A stretch of DNA of 64,000 nt, from contig NMRA01000131.1 in assembly GCA_002633005.1 (NCBI GenBank), forward strand, positions 683,808 to 747,807, given 5' to 3'. This document shows positions 13,101 to 24,599 of the stretch, piece by piece. Below the pieces are notes generated by a model that saw nothing but the letters and a program-made list of their open reading frames with translations, made no database searches and was not told the origin of the DNA. The stretch comes from Phoronis australis. Its lineage: Eukaryota > Animalia > Phoronida. Each line of letters starts with the position of its first letter. The first letter of the stretch is position 1. The position numbers and the translations under genes are program-made.

Positions 13101-13924
13101 AAAGACTCTCTCACTTTAGCCAGTCACTCAGCTGATACTGGTGACTGGAAGTAAAGACTCTCTCACTTTAGGCAGTCACACATCTGATACTGGTGACTGT
13201 AAGTAAAGACTCTCTCACTTTAGCCAGTCACTCAGCTGATACTGGTGACTGGAAGTAAAGACTCTCTCACTTTAGCCAGTCACTCAGCTGATACTGGTGA
13301 CTGGAAGTAAAGACTCTCTCACTTTAGGCAGTCACACATCTGATACTGGTGACTGTAAGTAAAGACTCTCTCACTTTAGCCAGTCACTCAGCTGATACTG
13401 GTGACTGGAAGTAAAGACTCTCTCACTTTAGCCAGTCACTCAGCTGATACTGGTGACTGGAAGTAAAGACTCTCTCACTTTAGGCAGTCACACATCTGAT
13501 ACTGGTGACTGTAAGTAAAGACTCTCTCACTTTAGCCAGTCACTCGGCTGATACTGGTGACTGGAAGTAAAGACTCTCTCACTTTAGCCAGTCACTCGGC
13601 TGATACTGGTGACTGGAAGTAAAGACTCTCTCACTTTAGCCAGTCACTCGGCTGATACTGGTGACTGGAAGTGTCGTCTATAACATTTTGTTCTATGTGT
13701 GACTAAGACTTTACCGAAGCGTTGTTGATATTGGATATATGTTTTTAACCTTCCAACAATGCCATTTTTTAATTTACTGTTGCACAGGTTGACCCAAGGG
13801 GAGAAATTCAATAGAAGCCGATGACTTTGGTTCTGTTGATATGTTGATATTTGACTTCCTACAACTTTTGAATTTGGACAACTTATAATTTCTATTTCAG
13901 GATGTTCTATTACTAGACTGCTGA
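1024..13924 (+). CDS. Ser/Thr protein kinase, CMGC-like (DYRK/HIPK/CLK-type C-lobe), 3' part; 5' exons lie upstream of the window
   Basis: Exons 1024-1110, 8501-8590, 9972-12133, 12479-12532 and probably 13901-13924 (alternative 13788-13814), all AG/GT with matching phases (1,1,1,0,0). The spliced product reads ..SDYLFSNFLAGLLRYNP-D-ERFSPSQAAMHPFL.., i.e. kinase subdomain XI, followed by a ~750 aa low-complexity tail. Confidence 0.75.
2491..2966 (-). CDS. Last exon of the short-chain collagen C4-like gene
   Basis: Acceptor tcttctcag|GC TAT ACC GGG; open to TAA at 2491; includes the listed 2491..2745 ORF. Possible ATTAAA signal at 2439-2444. Confidence 0.9.
2491..6514 (-). CDS. Short-chain collagen C4-like (spongin-short-chain-collagen NC1-type domain) protein, ~272 aa, type II membrane topology
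   Basis: Exons 6353-6514, 5391-5434, 4711-4781, 4007-4072, 2491-2966 with canonical splice sites and phases 0,2,1,1. Family motifs GAIYTRWGRRSC, YVGYTGGSWFEHVGGASNYVCL, IYGAEYQ, NQNVPCTVC, MIPGRNECYAGWTLEYQGYLM, YVCVDEAPE, SCGSLSCPDY, ITCAVCTK*. Confidence 0.85.
4007..4072 (-). CDS. Exon 4 of the C4-like gene (GAIYTRWGRRSCGSDSNEVYV)
   Basis: tgtag|...G|gtaatg, phase 1-1; family-diagnostic YxRWGRxxC motif. Confidence 0.9.
4711..4781 (-). CDS. Exon 3 of the C4-like gene (GCSLQHLVFKKPSHQVGAEKGNT)
   Basis: tcacttcag|...G|gtgata; phase 2-1 bridges the neighbouring exons. Confidence 0.6.
5391..5434 (-). CDS. Exon 2 of the C4-like gene (NEVVNRHRREAKKP, furin-type RxRR)
   Basis: tttcag|AAT...CCA CA|gtgagc, phase 0-2. 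Confidence 0.7.
6353..6514 (-). CDS. Exon 1 of the C4-like gene (N-terminal transmembrane segment)
   Basis: AAACATG start, hydrophobic WLIVLVVFALVVW, donor CAG|gtaaat. Confidence 0.75.
6545..6575 (-). promoter_or_regulatory. TATA-box core promoter of the nested C4-like gene
   Basis: TATAAAA on the - strand at 6569-6575, an initiator-like TTACATT ~30 nt downstream, and the ATG ~30 nt further on. Confidence 0.5.
6711..6810. other. Assembly gap (73 N, 6730-6802) flanked by a (TG)n/G-run and a short CA repeat
   Basis: Directly visible. Confidence 0.95.
8501..8590 (+). CDS. Kinase exon (ERFSPSQAAMHPFLAAEVPYRYLLPRHTQ)
   Basis: ttcctttcag| ... CAG G|gtacgt, phase 1-1; invariant subdomain XI Arg plus HPF motif. 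Confidence 0.8.
9972..12133 (+). CDS. Large kinase exon encoding the disordered C-terminal tail
   Basis: ttgttccag|GA TTT GAA..., in frame with the 729-aa ORF 10031..12220; donor CAG|gtaagg at 12133/12134. Confidence 0.85.
12479..12532 (+). CDS. Kinase exon (TEESSEVDDSLSSSGPDD)
   Basis: catttcag|ACT...GAT|gtaagt, phase 0-0. Confidence 0.7.
12533..13672. repeat. Minisatellite, 22 copies of a 50/52-bp unit
   Basis: Unit g(t/g)aagtaaagactct(ct)cactttag(c/g)cagtcac(tcag/acac/acat/tcgg)ctgatactggtgact, counted unit by unit. Confidence 0.97.
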
Positions 13925-14687
13925 CAGTGGCCTCAAGGAACCAGTCTGTTTGGTTTAATATTGAATTTTGAGTCACATTGACCTCTCTGTGGTTTTAAAT
14001 TGCATTTTACTCAATTATATTTATGAAATTTTAGTATTTTAGTTGAGCTCAGATTATTTAATGTTTAGTCTTTTCGGCAGACTCAGATGAATTTATTGTA
14101 CATATAGTCCTTACCAATTGTAAACTTTGAGTTGAATCTTCTCAGCCTCTGTTGTGAGGTTCTATAAGAAATACTTGAAAGTTAGGTAGTTACTTGTGGA
14201 ATTTAAAATTGTGTAAACTATGTGCAGCGGAAAACTGCTCATCATTGAGCAAATATATGAAAATGCTGGCTACAGGTCTCCCACATGTCTGCTGATTGAA
14301 ACATATTGAGCACTCAGGACAGATGGTACAGGGCGAGGTGTCTGCTTATTGTTCATATCTTGTGTAGTGCACAGTAAGGTTAGCAAACTCACAATCATAC
14401 TTACCATGTTGGTTCAGACCTAATGTTCAGAAGAAAGAGACCGTAAGCAAGTAAAATTCTTGGTTAATCAATCACTCTTGTGTATCAAAGCCAGCCATGT
14501 TTTGTGGGCTCTCTTGTGATGCAGTTAGTTGGTTTTGAAGTGTTACCTATAACAAGCAGTGCTTGTTCAATCTCATACTTCCCAATGTGTACATATGCTA
14601 GACATTTAAAAGACTGTTTCAGGGTGTTTCTTCAAAATTTGTAAAATATGTCTGAATGTACTGGTGTGATGTAATATATGTTAATTA

Positions 14688-14804
14688 AACTACACATGTT
14701 TTTATAATTAGCCTCGCTTGCTGTGCTGAGTATTCTCACAAAGCTGAAGGTCAAGTGAAAATACTCAAGGCTAATAATATGCCCATATAAAAACACGTGT
14801 AATT
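14688..14804. repeat. Nested inverted repeat (foldback), probably a non-autonomous DNA element remnant
   Basis: aactacacatgtttttata/tataaaaacacgtgtaatt, attagcct/aggctaat and tgagtattctcac/gtgaaaatactca. Confidence 0.6.
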
Positions 14805-16980
14805 TAGCACATGTATACCTGTCCCGATATTAAAGATTTGACCTACATTTCTTTGCCGACTCCATTCCTTCCCGTGCAATAACCATGTCATGTGATCAAA
14901 CAATAACCTTTTGGGTTATTAAATGGAAAGGCAACAGTGTTATTGGTTGGGCATTTAAACACATGTTATACAATAGATAAATAATTATGTAATGAATTAT
15001 GTTTACGCTCGTGGTTAAGGATTGTCAATTTTTATCTTCAAGTATAATACTGAGAAATGCATTTAAACTGTTGTTATCTGTACATATCATGTATGAGGAA
15101 TTCTCTTCTGCGCTATTAATGCAGTTCATAGTTCAAATATATTGTTTTGATGTACATCACTAATGTCTAGAGAAATAATCTGCTAGTTCTAATTATGGTA
15201 CAATTTTCACTAATGAAGTTGGTTATTTAATACACACAGTGAAATCCTTGGTTCAAGTCTTAATGCATCTCTCTTTGGTTGTTTTGTGTATGTCAGCTAG
15301 AGCACACTCGTGAATGATTTGGTTTTGTGACCAAATGCTAGAGGGAGCCACTGCTCAAGTTGGTGCAGTGAGATTTTAATTTGAGTAACATCTGAGGTAT
15401 CATCACCAATGTGCAATCTGACATGGAAGGGTCCCTAGCAAGATAGTGTTGACATGAGAGAATGAGTGATGAATGCATGAGAAAATAACATGAAAATGGT
15501 CAATATTATTATATTATATATTTTTTCATACAAGGGATACAGTACTGTGGTCACATTTAGATTTCCTAAATTCCAAGCAAAAGAAAAACACCTACAGCCA
15601 CAAAACAAACCTTGACATTGTTTACGATTTCATAAACTTATTTTCATAATGGACTTCCTGAAACTACCCCCCCCCCACCCCCAACTCTTTTCATTACAAC
15701 GCCAAGAAAAAGTCCTATTTAAAAGATCGTTGGTTCATAACCTATAAGTGACAATTTATCGCCAGAAACTACTCGAACTACAACTGTCTCACTTGAAGCC
15801 AATGTAAACCATTCTGTGGTGTTAAAAACTTTCTTCAACATCCACTCAAGACGGCTTCATCTTGAAAATATAACATGTTTAAACATTCACTTATTCAACT
15901 TAAAAACTGCACGAATTTTCCACACTATAAATAAGTGCTGGCTACCTAAAGATGGCACTTAACAGCACATTGCCCAGCTCATTGGTCTGCATCTGCAACC
16001 ATGCATATCACTTGAGCAATTAGCATTCTGAATCTCTAAATTTGGGTTAATTGTAAGTTGAATGGACACAATTCTGGTAATCGTCACATTAATACAACTA
16101 CTGCAATACTCCAGGCAGTCAAGGCCACATTTGCCAGTAAGTTCACTACACGGATCGAAATGGCTGAACAGATAGAGACCTAACATTAGTATTACAGCTC
16201 ACTCGTTAAGTCCCCACACACCTATTGCAGAGAGCACATTCTTTGAAACTGTAACATCACCCATAACTAGGTTTTTCTTTCAAACTGGCCAACGCTTGTT
16301 TAACTCTCGACAGCATTCTGTATTGCAGTTGGTTCAATCAAAGCACCAGTTCCTTTAGATCAGTTGGATTTCGCCCAACTCGGATAAAATATCAATTCAG
16401 TAAAATCTGACTTGTGCCAAAATTCCTGTTCATGACAAGAGACCAATGTGCAACTGCACCGTATCTAGAGTAGACAATCTGTGAAGAAGGAAGCGCTAAC
16501 AATAGTGCCCAGTTAACCAGGAAACTGTTGGTACTTCCTCGTGCCATTTAAACAATAGCTGGGAATTTGTGATAACACTTTAAATTATCATGCCAACTTC
16601 TTTGAAGAACTCGCAAGATACACAATTCTGAAGGCGAGCAAATTTAAGGATATTTAGTGGCCAAAAGCAAACTAATTTTTTATAGTGTATAATAATGGAA
16701 TAAATTTGAAAATAATCTAACTTTCAGTGCAAAAATAAAGTAAACACGAAGAAATGACATTATTAAACATTTATAGCATAAATACTGTTACACAGACACT
16801 ACATGTTGCCAAAGGAACCACAAACGAAGGCTTCACGACCAAATGCAAAGTGATTAATAAAAAAATTATGATTTTGTTGCTTTCTTATACAAATCACCAA
16901 CAATCCCAAAACCTTCCAAGACTAAGTCATGGCTCAGTAAGCAACACTGTTTTCCCAATCACCGACATTAAGCCCGACAA

Positions 16981-17395
16981 GAAGCCATGCACCATAATAT
17001 TAGTGCATGAAGTTGTGCATCGTGATGACATCATAATACTTATGAAGCCATGCACTATGATGCCATCATCACACTTATTAAGTTGTGCACCATGATGACA
17101 ATATTTGTACACTATGATGTCAACATCACACTTAAGTTGTGCACCATGATGACAATATTTGTACACTATGATGTCACTATCACACTTAAGTCGTGCACCA
17201 TGATGACAATATTTGTACAATATGATGTCAACATCACACTTAAGTTGTGCACCATGATGACAATATTTGTGCACTATGATGTCAACATCACACTTAAGTT
17301 GTGTACCATGATGACAATATTTGTGCGCTATGATGTCACCATCACACTTATAAAGCCGTGCACTATTATGCCATCATCATCGTACTTATGAAGCA
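16981..17395. repeat. 54-bp tandem repeat (~5 good copies plus degenerate flanks)
   Basis: agttgtgcaccatgatgacaatatttgtacactatgatgtcaacatcacactta recurs at 17081, 17135, 17189, 17243 and 17297. Confidence 0.9.
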
Positions 17396-18204
17396 ATACT
17401 TAAGTCAGAGATGATGAAACTAACAGAAGATACTATGGTTGAATTGTGTCGGAATGATGACCAAATACAGCACAACACAGTCACTATGAACAGAAGATAC
17501 TATGGTTGAACTGTGCGGGAATAATGGAAGGATACTGCACAGCACATTCAGTATGGTAAGCACAGAAGATACAGTGACTTATAGCAAAAGTTACAGATTA
17601 ATATCACGTGTACAATGGCTATAGCACACAAATGTGTACCGCATCACATCCAGTTATATTGCACATATATTTAACACGTCACTAGCTTTTTGAAGAAATA
17701 GTTCTCCATGCAGCACTAATGGGTTCTACTCACACCTAGTACAGTGAAAGGTTGTACAAGAGCTTGTCAAGATTAAGACATACTGAATTCTTACAATTAA
17801 GTGATTGTTGTCATTCTGTAGCACTGGTTGATCTAAAGCAGACACACACACAAAACCTAGCAATAATCCTAACATTACAGACATTAGGCTCATGGTCAAC
17901 TCTTTGTACTGTAATCAGACTTGAAATTTGGCACAAATTTGTACTCGAAAAATCCAACATGAATGGATGAGTTTTGAGTCTGCGTTAAACCTGACTTCAA
18001 GATAGATCCTGGCCTTCAGAGGTCAAATGTGAAATGTAACCACAATTGTCTTTATTAATTTGCTGCTTTGGTCAGATCGATTTTTTTTATTTCTACCACA
18101 AGGTGTCAGTTCAGCATCACTTCATGCATTTGACCACCTCAAGTTTCCTCTGGATGAAATTGTGCAAACGAGCCAATATTACCAATGAACTAAATTCGAC
18201 GTTC

Positions 18205-18903
18205 CTAAAACGACTTCTTTGACGGTGGCACTAAATGCCTCGGCAGCTTTTGTGGTAATTCGTTGTCCTGTAACTTCAAATTGATAAGGTAATTGGCAAG
18301 GGCCCATTCATCCTCATCCAACATTCCATCACCGTCAATATCAGAAAGAGTCCATATCTTACCCAACACATTGTTAGGTAGTTTGCTCTTTAACATCTCC
18401 TGCTTGGCGGCAGCTCCCGTGATCTTGCCATCATGGTTGGGATTCAACTTTTGGAACATCTCGTCATATTTGTATTTAAACTGCTCCACAATCCACGTCT
18501 CCTCATCTTTACCCAGGTCTGCACCCTCCAGACAACCAACGCCAAACGGCGTCGACGTTTCAGCTGCAGCAAAAGCTCCCCCTTGTACCTTCACGTTGTC
18601 CATCGCCATCTGCGCATCTTCATGTGGGATCATCTGCATGAGGCGACCAACTTCCTCGGACAACATCCGGTCTACTGAATCCAGCAGACGAGGCTTCAAC
18701 GGATTAAATTTGCTGAAGTCTTGGTTCTGAAGCTCCTCTTGCATCTTGGCCAGGTTGGGGAAGTCGCCCAGCGAGATGTCCTTCTCCCGGTGAATCTTCT
18801 GGTAGACGTCGTTCAAGTTATGTATGAGTTCACGCTTTTTCGAGTCCTTTTTGAACATGGAGGGCATCTGGCTCTTCAGCTCGGATATGACGTAAGCGTG
18901 AAC
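18205..18903 (-). CDS. EHD1: EHD exon 2 (helical region and EH domain)
   Basis: Acceptor at 18904-18905, stop at 18205. Confidence 0.95.
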   Translation of the reverse strand, partial: VHAYVISELKSQMPSMFKKDSKKRELIHNLNDVYQKIHREKDISLGDFPNLAKMQEELQNQDFSKFNPLKPRLLDSVDRMLSEEVGRLMQMIPHEDAQMAMDNVKVQGGAFAAAETSTPFGVGCLEGADLGKDEETWIVEQFKYKYDEMFQKLNPNHDGKITGAAAKQEMLKSKLPNNVLGKIWTLSDIDGDGMLDEDEWALANYLINLKLQDNELPQKLPRHLVPPSKKSF

Positions 18904-21900
18904 CTGCAACAGAATGTCGAGGAATACTTACAAGCAAGTACATTTCAACGATACTAATAATTTCAGGTAAACAAGTAGGTGCAAAGTGTTTGCTACATTA
19001 TGAATTAAACTTCTGTCCTTTGTTTAAACCATTGATCACAATGCAAAATGTTATTTGTCACAAAGGGACTTCCTTGAAAGCACCTGTATTTCCTTCCAGA
19101 TAAATTTTAGCCCCAAAACAGACAAATTTTGCATTCCTTTAAGTAACTAACAGTCAGAATTTCAGAGGTACTTTGCTTTATTCAGACAGGAAAATATCCA
19201 TGCTCTCTCCTGCTATTGTTACTCAACTGTCACACACACCTGGGTTAACACTCACCCCTGACATTTTGTTTTTAAATATTCACCCCCTGATTTTGAGTAC
19301 TCCAATTTCAGTGCCCTGTGTGTTGACCCAAACTAATACAGTAATCTATTATGGGAAAGAAGTTGCTAAGCAACACATAGGTTTATAAACAGCACAGTTG
19401 GTGATATTTGTCATGATCTCCCTAAGTGACCTAATCAGAAATGATTTGCATTCCATGTGGATCTAGATGACAACACCAACTCATGACTTTGTTTTAATGC
19501 AGAGTTTATATTTAAGGCCGCAAGTCTAGTGTTAGTTAAAATAGGAGAAACTTGGATTTTAGTTTTCACAGTTGATGAACATGACTATAGCAATGGTAAG
19601 TCTGAACAAAAAAATTATTAACTTTAAGTCATGCCTACCACCGCTTAAGCACTTACAAACATTGATAAAACACGTCTCAGAAGCATGGAAGTTGCAATGT
19701 GGTGGGATTGTGGGGCAAAGAAACAGAGTCAAGTGATAAAAACCGACTCTTCAGAAAATGCAACGTATTTTTAAACTTCTCCAAGGTTATGTAGACACCT
19801 GGGAAAACATCCAAATATGGCTACCTTCAGAGTATCATATCTCAAAAATGGCCGATTGGATTTCCAACTTGCAGATACTATGCTTTGTGTACTGTTCTCC
19901 AACACACTGCCAGGAATGGTATTTAAAATGTTCCACTTTCGCACGGTGAATATAACATAAAAACAGGACTTTCGTGGTTTTCATAAAAAACTTGCATAAA
20001 ACAGAAAATATTTCTGAAAAAAGTAAGTGTTTTCGAGATATCACCTTGAACATTAATGCCAATTAAATTCAATCATGTTATTAATACCGTTGTTTGGCGA
20101 TCCATGTACCTTTCCGTTTTGGTAAATCTTAGTACAACAACATAGTCATGTGACCCAACTAATAATAGATTAAGAATTACAAAATCAAATTCTACAGGAT
20201 TTCTACTTTTAGAAAATACACACTTTTATTAAAGTTAAATTCTATAGTTTTATAGATATGTGGCTAAATACGTAGACCTGATAATAATGTTCTACATTCA
20301 AGTACCTGATACTTGGGGACAAGTTTCTTGAAATGGGCTCAGAATTTGACAAATGGGCCGATAATGAACCAGAATGAACACGGTACAAACAACATGTACT
20401 ATTGCAAGATAAAATTAAGAAAAGTTTGGGACTTTTCAGGTTAGGGGATTTTTTATCTGCAGTCATCACTGAAGCCCTGACGGTAAAACCAATGTACTTG
20501 ACAAGGTGAAAAGTCAATTGACCTAAAATGACTGAATTGCGCTTTATGGAGAGGGCACGGGAGTTCTCATTTCTAAATATTCACAAATCATGAGTTCATG
20601 CACAACAGCTGAGAGCTCAACTTGGTAACGCATTGCTAACACTTTCCCATGATTCATCACAAAAAATCAATTCACCCCTAATCAGCTTTCTTAACAATAA
20701 AAGAATCGTTACATGGTTGAATTTAGGTAATTGACTACTTTCGTAATGATGGATAACATTTCATAATATGTGATTTTTTAAGTATAAATGCTTTTAAACA
20801 GATAAATATACATATTTTCAACATACTCACTAATCCCAGATTATCATGTGCACAAAATAATGCCTCATGTTCGTATCACGAGAATGCATTTTTACAAAAT
20901 CTTTATTTTTCATCTAGATATCTGTAATTTCTACAAACAAAGTATTTTGTACGACACTTACAAATTCTGTTTCTTTATTCTACTAGTTAAGTCATGATTT
21001 TTGACAGCCAATCCATCTGGTCTAAAAGGCCTTCAAAGAAATTGTGCTTATGGAAAATGTGATGATCCCAGTGAAAAATCCCGATTATCGAGAAAAATCG
21101 TGATAATTGAGAAAATGTATACTTTTACGGATCTAATACTATTGGTTAAGAAATTCAATTCTAGGTAATGATAGCAGTTTTTTATCTCACTAATTACTTT
21201 TATTACTTATGTTAGTAATGCATTTAAGTATGGATTGCAAAAAAGCGATGCAATCTCTGGATCTCTGAATTGACAAAGGACATGTAACAAAGGGACGTTA
21301 TCGGTGAGAAACTAGATTTTCTGAGATCAGTCTCAGCATGGTCTCAGCCTAACACTCCGCTGGCTCAGCAAAATCCCACTCAATAGATGGTAATTAATAT
21401 AAATTAAGCATATTTAGCTATAAGTGACAATTGTCTTGATTTCAGTGAATGTCTGGCATAGAATTGGATTTCGTTGTTTTATAGCTCTAGCCAAAGCTGA
21501 TTAAGGTACATCTCATTTTACTGTAATCCCAAAAATGTGTTTTTTGGTTGTAAAACCGATTATGCTCTCGAAAAGCAGTACTAAACCTGCCTTGAAGCAG
21601 TATTTACTCCAATGGACAGAAAGGCAGTATGGAAACAGATTGCCTGCAGGATCTGCCCCCTGACAAATGGCGAAAGGGAAACTTGGTAAAGGCTGTCATG
21701 AGGTCACACAAGGCATGTTAATGATTAACACAGGAGGTCAACCCACAGTTTAAGAATGTGCCAACTCTATCCCAGACATTCCTCAGTTGGACTGGGAAGG
21801 AGTTAACAGTGGAATGAAATGCACTTGTTCAACAAGTGGCTTATCAGACAAGTAAAAAACAGAGTAATGTTGAAGGAGGGGCAAATCCACACTCTGGTTT

Positions 21901-23528
21901 ATGTCCACAGCATGAAATGGCTTCCTTAGCAAGACGAAACTGAATTCCATACAGAGCCATGAAAACAAAATTACAGCAGCATTCAGCACAAGGAAAACTC
22001 TCAGGTCAACCATTTGGACGACTACAAATTGAAGGTCTAAATTTGAACATTCAGGTTGAAACCAAAAACAATTTCGAAAATCCCTGCTAGAACAGGTATT
22101 AAAAATTTTGTCAGGTTTAGCAAGTAAATAAATACAAGAAAGTTAAAATATTTTTCTTCTAGTTTCATTTTTTAATAATGAATTTCTGGCCAAATACCGT
22201 AGTAGTGACAAAACTGAAACCTTGGTGAAGCCTCAGTCCTGTTGTTGCTATGCGTCATAGTTAATTTAACGTCTTATAAAAAATAGCATTTTATGAGAAT
22301 GGTTACGACTACCACTACAAATTTCTATTCTCTCTTACAACAAAGTTACAATCTGCAGCAGAAGTTTCTTTCCACACCACCCCAAGACTAAAAACGTCAA
22401 ATTAATCCTGGTTACTCTGCCACTTTGGATGAGTCAAACTCTTCAGCCAAGAGGTAATTCCCAATATTGGCAAGCGACAAAGGAAATGAGTTTAATTCGC
22501 CCCTGGCTATGACACAATACACGGGACAAGGTGTTACTTAACTTTATATCTTATCCCTCAATTACTTGAATATAATAGATAAGAAGCTCTAACTTTGGTA
22601 CATAGTTTTTTACCTTAGCCAGTCGGGCTCTTTTGATAAGGTCATTCAGTTTGCGCAGGGCAGCATTACGAGGGAGAAGCTGGATATCGTTGAAAAGGTC
22701 GTGTTCTTCCAGTTCAAACAGCTTTCTGTTCATGTCAAAGTGTAACGGCTGGTTCCAGAAAGATCCAATATAGACACGGACAACTTCAGGAGTCTGCAAC
22801 ACTTTTCCCAATGACCACATGAGGGCGCCATACACTCTCATCAGTTGCTGGTGATTGATCATATCTGCTTTGTTCAAAATTATACGAATCTTGTCATCGT
22901 AACCCCTCAAGGCCTCGATACTGCGGCGAAATTCATCAGAAATGTCTAATTTGTGTGCATCAAATAGCAAGACAATTCTGTCAACTCTCTCAGCGAACCA
23001 CTCTAAGACACCAGTGAAGTCGTAGCCTCTATCTACTCGTTGTTTTTCTCCTGACAAAATACCGGGAGTGTCAATGATGGAAATACTTTTGAGTACGTCA
23101 TTGGTACATTGAGAACACTGGAATCTGTTGAGGAAATTGTTTCCAAATTTTGAGAGCTGTCTAAATTGCCGTTTAGAATCGACAACCAAAGCATTTCCGG
23201 GGATAACGACGTCTCGCTCACCGTGCATCACAGCTATGAACCGATCTGTCGTGGGCTCGGGGCCGATACGTAGACCAAGGAAGTCCTGCTCTAACAAGTA
23301 GCGGATGAATGTAGTTTTACCAGTTGAGTACTGGCCAACCAGTAAGATCATTGGTTTGGCATCGAAATCAGAATCTTCCAGGGGCGGGGAGTGAAATTCG
23401 TGGAATTTGTAATGCTCTTCAAGAGGCAAAACTTTCGTTCTGTAAAGCCTTTTCAAACCTTCAACGACAGTGTCAAAGACCTCTGGTTCCTTGTTCCTGT
23501 CCTTGTCTTTTGTAAGCCACGAAAACAT
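18205..23528 (-). CDS. EHD1: EH domain-containing protein (EHD1/3-like; Past1/RME-1), 537 aa
   Basis: Exons 22614-23528 and 18205-18903 joined at RLAK|VHAY (AAG|gtaaaa..ttgcag|GTT). MFSWL start, P-loop GQYSTGKT, IGPEPTTD, DTPG, NKAD, C-terminal EH domain (KIWTLSDIDGDGMLDEDEWALA, LPRHLVPPSK). Confidence 0.96.
22614..23528 (-). CDS. EHD1: EHD exon 1 (dynamin-like ATPase domain)
   Basis: 915 nt, ATG at 23528, phase-0 donor. Confidence 0.95.
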
Positions 23529-23584
23529 CTTGACTGTCGTGTAAAACTCTTAGTTGTCAATGCACACCCTTTGCGGCCGGTGAA

Positions 23585-23800
23585 TCACGCAAAATGGCGA
23601 AACGGAAGTGATTGGAAAGCGCATGCGTCATGACATTATGCATATGGCCTTTGACCTATAAAACGATTTCGCGCGAGAACACGTGTGATGACGTCATGTC
23701 TGTTTTGATGGTTGAGGTTGCAGGACGACGACGGTGCATTTACTAAGTTTAACTTCTTTTGTGTAGCCTATTTTGCCTTTATTTCTTATTGACGTCAGAT
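23585..23800. promoter_or_regulatory. CpG-rich EHD1 promoter with a dense cluster of housekeeping-type motifs
   Basis: AAAATGGCG (YY1) 23591, CGGAAGTG (ETS) 23603, ATTGG 23611, GCGCATGCGT (NRF1) 23619, TTTCGCGC (E2F) 23667, CACGTG 23680, TGACGTCA (CRE) at 23689 and 23790. Confidence 0.65.
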
Positions 23801-24599
23801 AGAGATAAAACTGATGTCCACCTCTTTTGGATATTTAAGAAAAACTCGATTTATCAGCCTTTAAAAGGTAAATTGCGGAATGTTTACTTCTGTTCATGTG
23901 ATTTGTTTCCGACGTCCGTGCAATGGCGATCGTATTGGCATTGGCATTGCCCTTTAAATATTGATGACGTTTCAGTTCTTGTCAGTTTGTGTACCCAGTT
24001 GCTGCCAGCCAGTTATAGTATATACGTAAATTGAATTATGTTAAACTACCGAGCTTGGAAGTATATAAAAACATGGGCCATTGCTCGTACAGTTCGACGA
24101 TCCAAAATATTTACGTGCCCCATCATCATCATCAGAGCAGTGAGACTGATGCCTTTGCCTTTGACTTTGCCTTTGGTGGGGCAAGGGGGCGATGGGAAAT
24201 GAATTATATTTTAAGGGTGGTCTTCCTTGGTTAAACTATTTGAAGATCTTTACACATTTACAGACTTCTAGAATCTTGGGTGGAAGCCACACCCTGACCT
24301 AGCCAGCAAGCTAGCTCTTCGAAGACTGTCGTCAAAATAAAGCTAGGTACTACTGTGTGTATTTCTTCGTAGACCCCGAAATTGCACACAGCCTGGGTAG
24401 TTCTGGTCATTACCTCAACGTGAAACTTGTATCAACATGCAGAGCTAAAGACCGGATGGGGTGCATGCAAAATTTGGGAATCAAACGACACTCACCTTGC
24501 TCATTACAACCGTTTAACTGAAAAACAATGTAACAAACGTCATTTTCTTGCGTTATTCTCGACCTTTTGTAACAAGGAAAAGTATGTTGTCGTTTTGAA

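Noticed and set aside
12533-13672. CRISPR-like appearance (regular repeats with an internal palindrome)
   Set aside because: No unique spacers, no cas genes, eukaryotic intron context; it is a tandem minisatellite.
16927-17391. Repetitive Cys/His- and Met/Thr-rich ORFs on both strands
   Set aside because: Explained by the 54-bp repeat; no splice or promoter support.
18293-18957. + strand ORFs over EHD exon 2 (likewise antisense ORFs over YPEL5, the kinase exon and RhoGEF exons)
   Set aside because: Antisense shadows of real coding sequence.
19500-21400. Probable decayed DNA elements in the EHD intron (similar ones at ~2170-2410, ~3000-3900 and ~45790-46560)
   Set aside because: No clear TIRs, TSDs or coding remnants identifiable by eye.
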